The position numbers were made by a program, and so were the translations under genes. Source: Octopus sinensis (Eukaryota). Taken from it: a stretch of 64,000 bases of DNA. The stretch is taken from assembly GCF_006345805.1 (NCBI RefSeq), contig NC_043012.1:32240001-32304000 (forward strand). Direction: 5' to 3'. Numbering within the stretch: the stretch's first letter is position 1; each line of letters starts with the position of its first letter. Below the pieces are notes generated by a model. That model worked only from the letters and a program-made list of their open reading frames with translations. It searched no databases and had not been told where the DNA came from. Positions 26,906 through 39,699 of this stretch are shown one piece after another.

Positions 26906-27123
26906 CTTTTCTACTCTAGGCACAAGGCCTGAAATTTTGGGGTAGGGGGCCAGTCGATTAGATCAGCCCCGGTATGCAACTGGTACTTAATTTATCAACC
27001 CTGAAAGGATGAAAGGCAAAGTTGACCTTTGCAGAATTTGAACTCAGAACATTAAGACAGATGAAATACCACTAAGCATTTTGCCCTGTGTGCTAACATT
27101 TCTGCCAGTTCACTGTCTTGAAT
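26906..27123 (-). mobile_element. SINE family A
   Basis: Family A core; 13-bp TSD ATGCTAAAATATT. Confidence 0.85.
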
Positions 27124-27431
27124 ATGCTAAAATATTTCAAGAGCAATTAAATATTTGAAAACACTTTCATTATTCAAATGGCTGGCTCCTTTAGTTTAAG
27201 GTAAGACAAAGTATCAGTCAATGTGATGATTGAAGATGCTCCTTCATCTAGCAACACTGTACTAAATTCCTTTGTAATAGTGTCAAGGATTCCATATCAT
27301 TCTATTAAGTATTAACAATCACATGTAGTAGCGTAAACAGAGCTAACTATCCTATATAACAGTGTTATTTATCTTCTATGATACTGTTAATAATCACAAT
27401 GTTTACCATTGGGTGTAAGCGTTTATGATCC

Positions 27432-27716
27432 CTGTGCCGGTGGCACGTAAAAAGCACCATCCGAACGTGGCTGATGCCAGCACCACCTTGACTGGCTTCT
27501 GTGCCGGTGGCACGTAAAAAGCACCAACCAATCATGGCCGTTGCCAGCACCCACTACACTCACAGAGTGATTGGCATTAGGAAGGGCATCCAGCTGTAGA
27601 AATTCTGCCAGATCAAGATTGGAGCCAGGTGCAGCCTTCTGGCTTCCCAGATCCTGGTCGAACCGTCCAACCCATGCTAGCATGGAAAGTGGACGTTAAA
27701 TGATGATGATGATGAT
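27432..27716 (+). mobile_element. RTE 3'-tail repeat
   Basis: Tail sequence ending (GAT)n. Confidence 0.85.
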
Positions 27717-27774
27717 CCACTGTTGATTTTGCTAGACTTTACAGCATGAGAGCTACAACACAAGGTACCTGAGA

Positions 27775-27975
27775 GTTAGCACGCTGGATGGAATACTTAG
27801 TGGTATTTCGCCTGTCACTACGTTTTGAGTTCAAATTCCGCTGAGGTTGACTTTGCCTTTCATCCTTTCATGGTCAATAAATTAAGTACCAGTTGAGTAC
27901 TGGGGTCGATATAATGGACTTAATCCGTTTGTCTGTCCTAGTTTAGCCCCTTGTGGGTAGTAAGGAAATAGGTAT
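27775..27975 (+). mobile_element. SINE family A, 5'-trimmed
   Basis: Matches 9140-9364 and 63584-63812. Confidence 0.8.
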
Positions 27976-27976
27976 T

Positions 27977-28139
27977 TACGCTGTGCCAAGAAGGCGCCAT
28001 ACGTATACGAAGAGTTAATTCAAATCGGAAAGATCTGTGCCTGCGACCTCTACTTATAAAAAGCTTGGTGGCATTTTCTTAGGTGTGACCAAATTTCAGT
28101 TGCAGTTTAAAAGTTTTTTTGTACATGTTTGTAATAATA
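27977..28139 (+). repeat. About 165-bp local duplication of 32297-32464
   Basis: Direct copy sharing GCGCCATACGTATACGAAGAGTTAATTC...GTACATGTTTGTAATAATA. Confidence 0.9.
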
Positions 28140-28844
28140 TTTGGGATCAATAAATTAAATACCAGTTGAGTACTGGGGTCAATGTAATCAACTTAACCCC
28201 TCCCCCAAATTTCAGGCTTTGTGCCTATTGTAGAAAGGATTATTATCCTTGTCAACATTTAATGTCTGTCTTCCAATTTGTGACGGATTTGGTAGATGGA
28301 AACCAAAAGAAGCCCATTGTATATATGTATGTCAGACAGCTTGACAGGAACTGGCAAGGTCAGGGGTTACACCAAGTTCCATGGTCTGTTTTGGCTAGAT
28401 ACCATTCCTAATGTCAGCTACTTTACAAAGTGTACTGGGTGCTTTTTACATGGCACAAGCACCCACACAAAGGCTTTTAATGTGGCACCTTGGTTTTAAG
28501 ATTTCAATTCTATTGTGGTGGGCAGGTCTACTTGAGTACAGCAATGCACCACATATCTCAGTCCTTTGTCATCTAACTTAAAAACTACCCCTGGCAAATG
28601 ATACTTGCCTTTTATTTTCTCTATCTCTATTGCTCTCTTTCATGTTCACATAACTACAGAGCCAGATCACAACCATTCCACTGTACAAAATAAACCTTAT
28701 TTGCTACTTTATAATTCCCTATCAGACCATCATGTCCAAATCTTTTAACAATAAACATGATGAATCGAATACAACTTCTAATCTTTCAATTCACTTTTTA
28801 GTGATATACGCTCTTCTGCTGTATATTTTAATTTCTCCCTTTAA

Positions 28845-29308
28845 CTTGTTCTTACTTGTGGCGACATTCACCCTGGGCAGGTTGAGTTGGCTTCTTTCAC
28901 CACACTCGAGGCATTGTATTCGCCATTGAGAATTCATGGAAGAAGTTTCGTGGGAATATGTGGATTTGACAAGCGGTCCCCAACAATCCCGTATTTAGAG
29001 ACATCCTGTTGCCGCAGATTGTCCTCAGACACAGGGGCAGAACGACCGAGGAGCCGCCGGTTGCCAAAACAGACACTCCGAGGATTTTCACCAGAACCCC
29101 GTCTGCCGGGTTGTGGCCCTAATACAACTCGGTGTCAGACGAATCTGCCTTGGGTGACCCTACCAGGAACTGAAGTTCTCGACGGCAGAGCTCTGACACT
29201 ACCCGTTGGCAGCGTCCCCACCACGGTGAGGAGGGGATGGACTTTGGGGACGCAGTGAGGAGGAGATGGACTTTGGGGACGCCAGTAAGGAGGGGATGGA
29301 CTTTGGGG
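28845..29308 (-). mobile_element. Second bipartite RTE-derived element with triplicated 5' end
   Basis: Colinear with 24631-25031; three ~29-bp repeats at 29226-29308. Confidence 0.8.
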
Positions 29309-29851
29309 CTTTCAGAATTAGATTGGTTAATAATACCTGACTAGTTCTTCAGAAATGAATTCATAGTTATGTGTGAGGGCACCAACTTTGAGTTTTTTAC
29401 TTTAAGTAGATACTTTTCAGAATTCCATTACAGTTAGAGCATTATTTTAGTTTATGGTCACAAACTGAAACCAGAAGTCAAAGAAGAAACTCATCAAAAA
29501 TTGGAAATGTCTGCAAAAATCCCCTCAGCTCAAAAATGAATGACTGGGATAAGAAGTCTACAACCCAACCACATGGTTCTGGGTTCAATCCTACTGTGTG
29601 GCACTTTGCCAAAATGTTGTTGACAAACTACGGCAGAAATTGTATTCACCTCAACAGACGTCATTGATTGGTTGAAATTGCCGAAATGCAAGAAATTAAA
29701 CAACAAATAGCTTACAAACTACAGAATTTTCTCAAGAAAACCAAGAGAAAAAGATGTTTTATGTAACACATTCTACCAGTATATGAAGTTTAAAAGTGTT
29801 TGGTTACAAAGAAATTATTTTAAAAATCTGCCGGTCAAAGCGAAAAGATCC

Positions 29852-30857
29852 GAGTAATTTCCCGCAGTAATATGACAAAGTATTCATGGTACTACCTGAG
29901 AACAGTGGTCCGGGTGCGCGTAGTCGCGCATCCGCGCTAGCTAGTCGTGACTAGTCGATCCTACAACGACTACCTAGCAAAGTAAATAAAACACAAAATA
30001 ATTTTTTTACACAAAGTAAATAATTTTTGTTAAACAAAGTAAATAAAACACAAAAACGCAAAGTAAATATTTTTTAAACAAAGTAAATAACACACAAAAA
30101 CACAAAGTGAGGATCGACTAGTCATGATCAGCGAGCGCGGATGCGCTAATACGCGAGTGCGCGCACCGGGACCCTTGTTCTCAAGTAGTACCGTAATTCA
30201 TGTGAAATAAAAGTTTTTTTTAAAAACTTTTTTCGGACTTTTTTTTAAATCAATCTACGCGGGAAAAGGCGATCTTTCGTCTCTAGTAGACCTTTCCGTC
30301 GATTTCCGTAAAATTTTTTTTTTTATTTTACATATGGGCTTGCGGGAACTTTTGAAGTAATATACATACATATACACATACACCGAGTAAAAAACTTCAG
30401 TTATCTCTTTCTTTCACACATTACTCTGTCTCTTCACACACACTAACAGAAGCACTTCACTTACACAACATACTGTCTGTCTCCCACACCCCATCAAACA
30501 CACACACACACATGTACATCAATGCTCCCATGCACGGTAACTTCAAAAGAACTTCCCTCGTCATACAATCGCTTTCTCTTAGTCTCTTTCGCTCTCATTA
30601 CTTCAAAAGTTCCCGCAAGCCCATATGTAAAAAACAAAAAAATTTTTTACGGAAATCGACGGAAAGGTCTACTAGAGACGAAAGATTGCCCGGGAAAATA
30701 CTGAGATTAAGAATATGGAAAAAATAAACACAAATTCAATTTTTTTATGAGAAACTCCGACCCAAAATTCCTCCGCCTTTCCCGCCGTCTAAAAGAAAAC
30801 AAACGGCTATTTTGTCTATTTCACTTGACTTTGTCATATTACTGCGGGAAATTACTC
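29852..30857. mobile_element. TIR element containing two further inverted-repeat pairs
   Basis: Perfect 30-bp TIR 29852-29881/30828-30857; inner IR element 29888-30192; IR pair 30272-30361/30597-30686. Confidence 0.8.
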
Positions 30858-30974
30858 TGAAAGAAATCTTTGCAGAAGGGTGAGTAGATTGATTACATTA
30901 CGTTATCGCAGTTTTGTGAGATATGACTGTTATTTTTAGCATGTGGCTAGCCTGCTTGAAGGCCTGGGGTATAT

Positions 30975-31184
30975 TCTTTTACTTGTTTCAGCCATATGAC
31001 TGCGGCCATGCTGGAGCACCGCCTTTAGTCGAGCAAATCCACCCCAGGACTTATTCTTTGAAAGCCTAGTACTTATTCTATTGGTGTATTTTGCTGAACC
31101 GATAAGTTACGGGGACGTAAACACACCACCATCGGTTGTCAAGCGATGTTGGGGGACAAACACAGACACACTAAAACATACACT

Positions 31185-31274
<90 letters not shown>

Positions 31275-31426
31275 GACGGGCTTCTTTCAGTTTCCGTTTA
31301 TCAAATCCACTCACAAGGCTTTGGTCGGCCCGAGGCTATAGTAGAAAACACTTGCCCAAGGTGCCACGCGGTGGGAATGAACCCGGAACCATGTGGTTGG
31401 TAAGCAAGCTACTTACTACACAGCCA
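30975..31426 (-). mobile_element. SINE family B with internal (CA)/(TA) microsatellite
   Basis: tRNA-like head, CCTTGGGCAAGTG core, tail GACTGAAACAAGTAAAAG-like. Confidence 0.85.
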
Positions 31427-31584
31427 TTGTTGAAAATTTGAAATTTTACAGACAAATTTTTTCCAGAATCGTAATCTTCGTAAAGTATTTCGCACAAAAC
31501 AAAATTTTCGGAAAAAGTGAAAAATGAAGAGGGTGGGGTTGGGGGGTTGAAAGTTTGAAAATGTTTTTTTCAGAATCGGCGCAC

Positions 31585-31925
31585 AGTTCTGGGTTCAGTT
31601 CCACTGCATAGCACATTAGACAAGTGATTTCTGCTATATCCCTGGGTCGACCAAATCCTTGTGAGTGGATTTGGCAGACGAAAATTGCGTGGAAGCCCAT
31701 CGTTTTTATACATATGTGTGTGTGACTTTGTGTTTGTCCATCTCCTCTCCGCTTGACAACTGATGTTGGTTTGTTTACATTCCCTCAGTTTAACAGTTCA
31801 CCAAAAGAGATCAACAGAATAAGTACCAGTTTAAAAAATAATACTGGGATCAATTCGATCAGCTGAAACCCTTCAGGGTGGTCCTCCTTCATAACTACAG
31901 TCTAATGACTGAAATAAGTAAAAGT
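31585..31925 (+). mobile_element. SINE family B, degraded
   Basis: Inverted relative to the 30975-31426 copy. Confidence 0.75.
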
Positions 31926-34800
31926 TTATAGCTCTTTCGAGCTACTTTTTGTTAATAAATAGCGGTAAGTTTTTCATTTTTATAAGAGCGAGGTGGGGGT
32001 TGTTTTCAGGAAACCACGTTACATTGCTTTCATTCCTGTCGAAGTATGTGTAACGAAGTTCGACTGAGCTCGAAAAGCCATCTTATGAATGATTTTCTTG
32101 TCCACATTTCTTCCTTATCTGTTTCGCTGCATAATTTTATTTAGCTGAAGAATAAAGTGTCGCTGTTAATCGAAAGTTTTTTTTAAAATTTCTATCGTTT
32201 TCCATGCAACTCATGAGAAACAAGAATTTGTATTAAAAGGCCGAGACACGACCTTCCAGCTAAAAGCTAAAAAGGAGATAGTTATCTTCCTGGTAGTTAC
32301 GCCGTACCAAGAATGCGCCATACGTATACGAAGAGTTAATTCATTCAAAGCGGAAAGATCTGTGCTTGCGACCTCTACTTATAAAAAGCTTGGTGGCATT
32401 TTCTTGGGTGTGACCAAATTTCAGTTGCAGTTAAAAAATTTTTTTGTACATGTTTGTAATAATACTAGGCAGTAGTGTAAGTGTGTAACGCCAAATCGTC
32501 CCTTATCGACTGCACATATAATCGAATTAGTTCCACCCGTGATCATCCCGTCTTTTGTACCCCAAGGACAAAAATGCTAGCATGCAGTTTACCAATGTAA
32601 TATAGCGGAAGTAAGTCATCTTTGAAAAATGAAAGTATTTGCCATAGAAACCAATGACGACAGAAATATACCAAAATTTCATAAAATATGTAACCTTAAA
32701 GAGACACCTGTACGCTAAGAAGCGACTTATGCTACAATGTGGGACTAATGATGATTTATTTACATCATATCTTCTTGAGCATGTCAGGCGAAACAAATTT
32801 AGGGATCGGGAAAAATTTATTTGCGAATCTCCTTTGGTGCAGCAACGATTTCCCATAAATGTGATTATTTTCGAAGAAGACATCAAAATTAAAAGTATTC
32901 GGCAATTTCCTTAAAAATTTAAACTTCAATTCTTTTTTCAGCTGAATCACTTATTTATGCAATATTTTGTGCCTTCGCCTTTTTTGTGTATGTAAGTATG
33001 TGTGTTTATGTGCATGTAAGTATATTTGTGTATGTATATGCATGCACAACTATACACATACATACGCAAATATATATATACATAAACATACATATACTTA
33101 TATGCACAAATATGCATACACACGCACACATAGGCGCATACATACATAAAAAATACAGAAACAAGCGATTCAGTTGAAAAACAATTAAAATTCTTTACGG
33201 AAATGACCAAACAATTACTTTCAATTGTCATGTACTTTCTGCGACGTACCTTATATGTATTGATGTCACATAGTGTTTACATGTAATTACAGGATTTCAT
33301 TGTCGTCACTTTCGGTTTTTATCGCAATATACTTTCATTTATAAGAACAATTTACTTTCACCACTTTACGATGTTAAATTGCATGCTAACCTAACATCTA
33401 ATATAACCCTTACCAAGAAAGTGGAATGTATTGAGAGAATTTGGCTGTTATTTCTAGCTGATTGAGTAACCACGTTAAGAGTTCTTAATTGGTTTTTGTT
33501 GATCTCCAAATCTCTTTTATTTACCCCTACGGCCGTGAGGAAAATTCGTCACTTATTTTTGAAGAAATTTTAATTTATTAATCATGTTTTATTGGAATAC
33601 ATCATTTGTTCAGTTTAGGCGCAAAAAGAAAATATGTTTCCCCTCTTTGTGATCGATAGTTAAATAATAATAGAGGTGAATGCTATTTCTTTTTAACACT
33701 AAAATATTCTCCAAACAATTCCGACTGGTGCCAAACAAGTCAATCAATGTTGTAATTCACAATAACCTCTGAAAAATAAATTAACGCGTTTTCTTATTTA
33801 ATATATTAAAAAAATATATTTTGCGTCTTGTTAAATTTCTTCCAATACTTGAAGAATCTCAAATTTTCTCCAGTTCAGAGGCTAAAATTAAATAACTTTA
33901 ATTGCTTGTAACTACTTTATAATTAATTTCTTAGAATGCGATTTTCATCATCAGCATACAAAACTGCATTTCTTGGGAATAATCTGAAGATCTGAAAAAA
34001 TTCAAGTGGTTGGAAGAAATTTAACGTTTTTTTTTTTTTTTAACTTCCTTATTCGTCACTTATTTGCATAATTTCTTTCATTTTCTTTCATGAGGGCGCT
34101 TAGATCCCTTGACCTGCTAGAAATAGCAGCCAAATCTTTTAACCACCCTCTCCTAGCATATCAACAATATACAAACACGTAGTAAGTCGACCGTCTCTCA
34201 ATGTATGAACACAGAATGATCACACAAAAAGTTTCTTAATCAGGAAGTAAAAAATAATCGATGAAGGTGGTATGTATCCATTAGCAACGTCTTGTTCATA
34301 GTCAAGGAAAGTAAGACAAATTAATTTAGGGCATTGATCCATGTCCTTCAAACGAAATCAACGTCTTTTTTTCTTTTTGACTTAAAAAAGAAATATCTAA
34401 TAGAATTAGCAAGCATTAAAGAATGTACCAGTGAAGCAGGAAGCTCATCTATTAATAATGCGACCATGGTAAAGCAAAAGAGACGGCAATCCTCATTTTA
34501 ATAGTTTCCATTCATCACAAAATCAGCCTTTAAAAAATAGGTGTAGTAGTATATGAGACTTGTTTTATTGACCTCATTTAAGGAGTGGATGACAAAAGCC
34601 ATTCACATTCAAAGACGACCTTAAAATATCGTTTACAACTGTCCACTGTTATTGCACAAGTCGCTATTTGCCAACAAATGAGACATTTAATTCAAATAAA
34701 ACGTCGCGGACCCATTCACCATAAACAAACATAATACAACCAATCAAAGAAACGTTTATATTATTTTAAATATTATTTCTAAACAACCGCTTTCGCTTGT

Positions 34801-34872
34801 GGCTCGTTGGTCTAGGGGTATGATTCTCGCTTTGGGTGCGAGAGGTCCCGGGTTCGAATCCCGGACGAGCCC
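34801..34872 (+). tRNA. tRNA-Pro-TGG: tRNA-Pro, anticodon TGG
   Basis: Canonical metazoan GGCTCGTTGGTCTAGGGGTATGATTCTCGCTT-TGG-GTGCGAGAGGTCCCGGGTTCGAATCCCGGACGAGCCC; intact stems, A/B boxes. Confidence 0.97.
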
Positions 34873-34880
34873 CAACATTA

Positions 34881-34885
34881 TTTTT
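34881..34885 (+). terminator. Pol III terminator (T5)
   Basis: TTTTT 8 nt after the tRNA. Confidence 0.75.
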
Positions 34886-35409
34886 AAATGCATTTTTTCT
34901 AAATATTTTTGTATTTATCTTTCCCAGTGTGGTTGTGGACGGGTATTCGAAAGAATTATCGTTTCTGTTTCTGAACGATATTTTAAATTTTCTTTATTTC
35001 AAGATTTCCTGGTGGTGATTCAAAGTTTGTAAAAAGGAAAAAAATATTTCGTTTCTTTAAAAAATATCCATCCATGTATAATAATATGTAGGCGGCAAGC
35101 CGTTCCATCTTCAGAGTGTCGGGGGAAGGGGAAAATGCCATGCGATATTTCTTCGGAATCTTTACTTCTAGGTTCAAATTTTACCGAAGTCATCTTTGCT
35201 TTTCAGCCTTTCGGAGTTGATAAAGTATAGTACTTGTCACATACTAGAGATCGATAATTTTGACTAATTAATCTCCACTCCTCAAAATTGTTAGCTTCGA
35301 GCCTAAAAGAAAAATGATAATTTTTATTGCATTCCTACACAAGTGTGCCCCCTGCTCGACTTTTCCCCCTCATAACTTTCAGAAAATAGATACTTTTTAA
35401 CGAAATTTT

Positions 35410-35750
35410 GTGTGGTAAGTAGCTTGCTTACCAACCATATGGTTCCGGGTTCAGTCCCACTGCGTGGCACCTTGGGCGAGTGTTTTCTACTATAGCCTCG
35501 GGTCGACCAAAGCCTTGTGAGTGGATTTGGTAGACAGAAACTGAAAGAAGCCTGTCATATATATGTATGTGCGTGTGTGTGTCTGTGTTTGTCCCCCCAA
35601 CATCGCTTGACAACCGATGGTGGTGTGTTTACGTCCCCGTAACTTAGCGGTTTAAAGAGGCCGATAGAATAAGTACTAGGCTTACAAAGAACAAGTACTG
35701 GGGTCGATTTGTTCCACTAAAAGGCTTATCCCTGCATGAAACAAGTAAAA
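35410..35750 (+). mobile_element. SINE family B
   Basis: GTGTGGTAAGTAGCTTGC...GGTTCAGTCCC...CCTTGGGCGAGTG. Confidence 0.85.
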
Positions 35751-36621
35751 CGTAGAATATATAATAAAATAATTTGAAAAAAAAAATATATCAGCGATTA
35801 ATAAGATGGTAAGCATGGCTGTTTTTGATATGCTATAGGTCTTAGAACATACCCATGGGATCCCTGCTATTTCTAGCATGCGAAATGAGTGCGCACAGGA
35901 TGGGTTACATTTGAGTTTGTTGAAAAGAGAGAGATTATGTCTGCTATAAAAATAATGAAAGAAATATGTATCTAATAATTAGTCAACCTTTTACAAAGAT
36001 TTTTTTCAGGGATAGAAACTGACAGCAGTCAAAACTTCTGGGTTCTATTGGAAGTTAAAAACTTTGAAGCAATTAGACTCTGGATCTTTAACCATGAATT
36101 AAAACCTCAGTCGGAAATTTTTCCTCGGAGTTATTTCCATTATTCTCTGGATTTGCGCTCAGAAATTTATGAGAATCGGATGTCACGTTCTTGACTGAGG
36201 TCAAGGCCAGTTCATCCTTGATTACCCACTGTTATGAATTATAATATCCTATCATTAATTCCTTCCTTTCTACAATAGTAAATAATAGTTAAAAATATAA
36301 GATATCTTATTCTGTATTGAGTACGAAAATGTGGCGTAGTATCGATAGATGGATACTGTCTTTACCTAATATAAAATCACGCATCTTAATCGATGGATCG
36401 TCGTGATTAACGGATTAGGCGGCGAGCAGAAATAAAATTTGTCATACACCAGTTCAAAGACGGCTTTTATTGTTCAAAGAAGGCTTGACATGAACATGCA
36501 GAATGACACAGGATTTCGCAGATTTCGTGATTAACAGATTAGACGGCGATCAGAAATAAAGTTTGAATAAAAGCCTTCTTTGAACTGATTTATGACAAGT
36601 TTTATTGAAACGTTATTTTAA

Positions 36622-38140
36622 ATAGATGCCGATGTGTTCGAGAGGACCCTACCAGACGATCCAACCGAAGAAGATTATATTTACTGGAAACGGATGCTAC
36701 ACATCTACATCGCAAGAGCAAAAGTTCCAGATGAATCTAAACTGGAGGTACTCTTAACATCTACTCCATCGTCGAAGAATCCGAAACCTTCGAGGCAGCA
36801 ATAGAACGCCTGGACTTAAAGTTCATAAAGAAAGGTTTAAACATAATAATGAGCAATAAGCTACGAACTCGAAAACAAAAGGAAAACGAGTCTATAGAAG
36901 AATTTATATCAAGACCTCAGGTGTTGGCCAAGAAGTGTAAAATCCAAGCCCCACCAGCAGACTGTTAACGAGAATTTCTAATTGGTGATGCCTTTGTAGC
37001 TGGGCTTCAATCACCATCAATTAGACTAAGACTTCTCGAGCTATCAGACGACAATCTAGAAACACTATAAGCTTGCTCAAACCATGGAGGTGGCCATTAA
37101 AGACCTTCGCAACCTATCGCAAGGCTCAGCTGGTATCGATCAACCACCTCATCTCGCAGCCGCTAAATCAGCATGTTTTTGGTGCGGTGGAGACATCGAT
37201 AAAAAAAAAAATCAATGCCCGGTGAGAAACTCCACTTGCAAAAAGTGTCAGAAGTAAGGCCACTGGGAGAAAGTCTGCCTCTCAAAAAAGCCACCAAGTA
37301 ACAAACAAAACTTTCTCAAAACAGCAGCTGTCACAGAGCCCGAGAGCAACTAAGAGGAAGACAGTGATGGGACCTTGTTATCCATCATCTTAGCAGTAAC
37401 AAACGGTGCAGGACAGCTGGTACCTGTTAAAATTAAGGACAACAATACACAAGCCCTTCTTGACACGGGTTCTTACCGGGCATTTGTAGAAGCGAATCTT
37501 CTTGCAGTCTGGGGATTGCAATACGATCATACCTGCCCAGAAAAAGTTAACTTGGCCAACAATACAGCACTGGAAATTAAAGGCAAATTCAGTAGCAAAC
37601 TACACCTGGGGAATATTGCATACTAGCACTATGACCTGGCAATGCTGGGTCATAGTGCTAGTGCATGCATATACAGCTGTGTGCGTGCGCACATACACGC
37701 GAGTACTGTCCAAATCTCCAACCAATCACATACAGCTAGCTGGCATTCAATTGGCGTATCAAGTTTCGGGCATTTTGATTGGGTTTTGGATAGAAAATTC
37801 ACAAAAAAGTCACTTCTACTGATTTTTTAATGGCTTTGCAGGGTGACTGGGGAAATGTAAAGATGTGCATGACCACCCTTGGATGGTTTTGAATGACCAT
37901 AGAAAGTGCGAGCCCTCTAACTGAAAAATTGTGGATTTGTATAAAGGGGACACACACACACATAGACAGACATTTTGCCGTTTATATATATAGAGATAAC
38001 GTTAATTTTTTTTTGTGGCTGACCACCTTGTAGCTCTGTTCATAATCGGAATCAATATCCTCAGTCAACACTCGGTAGTTGACTTCAAGGGCACGCTCAA
38101 ACCTGTGTCAGTCTGCATGTCTATGTCAAGCCTTCTTTGA
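36622..38140 (+). pseudogene. Degraded gag + aspartic protease
   Basis: RKQKENESIEEFIS, DAFVAGL, CKKCQK*GHWEKVC zinc knuckle, ALLDTGS, FIIGINILSQH. Confidence 0.85.
37623..37996 (-). mobile_element. Non-autonomous Helitron inserted in the protease
   Basis: Minus strand 5' TCTCTATATATATAAA, 3' hairpin + CTAG, inserted in A|T with no TSD; removal rejoins the protease. Confidence 0.75.
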
Positions 38141-38711
38141 ACTGGTTTAGACACCCATGAAATATCCATTGTTATAGTGGCCCAATTTAGCTATGGAATT
38201 GTTATAAACAGGCTTTGTTAAAAATGCATTGCAGAGCTTGCAATAAATTTATTTCGTTGCAATGAATTTATTGCATTTTATTTATTTTTTTTTTGCAATA
38301 AATTAATTTTCTAAAAATTCTTATGCCACCTGCCAGAATCAACCACCAATGTGTGATATGACCTAGGATGGAAAAACATGCCTACAACACTCCCCTTAGG
38401 GCCCATACCACCCCAATCAAGACAGAAAAAAACGTATGAATGGAAAAAGGACGGTTTCATACTACTAGCAATTAAAATGAGTATGCATTTAACATATGGA
38501 AGGGATGTAGGCTCACACCAAACGCAACTATCGCCAGCTTTATGGTACCTCCTCATACTGGTTTCCTACATATTTGATTGAAGCTGTAGAACGGCCGTAC
38601 GAAAGGAGATGGTGATGAATGAATGTCTGCTTTTAAACACCGCACGGTTGCCTTATAATAAAAGCCAAAATAAGTGCCAAAAGGAATAAGAAGACGATAC
38701 AACTGATATAA

Positions 38712-39528
38712 TGTAAGAGAAATATAATGTAAGAGAAAGGTTTTATTTAGGTGTTGATATGTGAGTAGCAGTCTGTATGTGTGTGCATTGTAAGAACATA
38801 CATAATAAGAACAATAATAATAGACAGGCCGTCATACATACAATAATGTGTATGGGTGTACAAACAAAGTGTATGCGTGTGAGATAAAATACAGAGCATA
38901 GAAATGAGTCTATAACAGGACGCTAGAAGAATGTTCAGACACAAGGTAAAGATAATACCAGTTCGTAGTAAGAAACGCAATAGTAAAGTTCTGTAACAAT
39001 GAGGTTGAGGTCACAAGGCAGAGGCCGGTTGAACACATGACGTGTAGTGGTTGTGGCTTCAATGCTGTGCCGGGTTACTTAGTACAGAAGGATCTCGCAG
39101 GTAGAGCTAGCTGTTAACCTTGGTGGGTATTCACAAACAGCGTGAAGTTAAACCTGGGCGATGTTACTGTGTACATATTGATGTTGGTGGCATTGATAAG
39201 CTGAAGGCGACGTTAAGTTGAAGGTGACATTAAGATGAAGGCGATGGTGATGGAGGTCCTGAAATGCTGCTGGAACTGACTGTCTATCGCTAGATGCTCT
39301 GTGGTCAATGGTCTAGGACCAAAGATGTGCGATTCAATGAATCACTGGGTTTTATAACAATCTAGAGGCTCAAACGAGCTTTAGAAAAACAGTATCATGG
39401 GACCTTATCAGGTTGGTTTGCACATTGGCACGAAATAAAGCAAGAGGCAAACTGCACCAAAATCAACCAATCAGAGCAGCAGACACAACTGGGCTTAAGC
39501 AGCCGAAGGCTAACTGTTATCTGCTACA
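38712..39528 (-). mobile_element. Candidate solo LTR
   Basis: Minus strand TGTAG...TTACA with CCAAT-box, TATAAAA and AATAAA in order; no TSD found. Confidence 0.4.
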
Positions 39529-39699
39529 TCTGTATTTTTGTTATATATGTCAGAGAGAGAGAGGATTTCACTAAGGGTCCACTACAAATTCATGTGGCAG
39601 AAGAAGTACCCCAATAGAAAGATTGAAAATTTACTTATTCAAATAGTTGATTAATATAGATTTTGAACACATACAAACATTGGCATTCCCACAGATGTG

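Larger units (their letters stand above)
36230..38153 (+). mobile_element. Internally deleted, rearranged Ty3/Gypsy-like LTR element
   Basis: TGT...ACA ends, candidate TSD CCCAC/CCCAT, LTR-like 36230-36597 (TATA, AATAAA); last ~26 bp of LTR repeated at 38128-38153. Confidence 0.7.
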
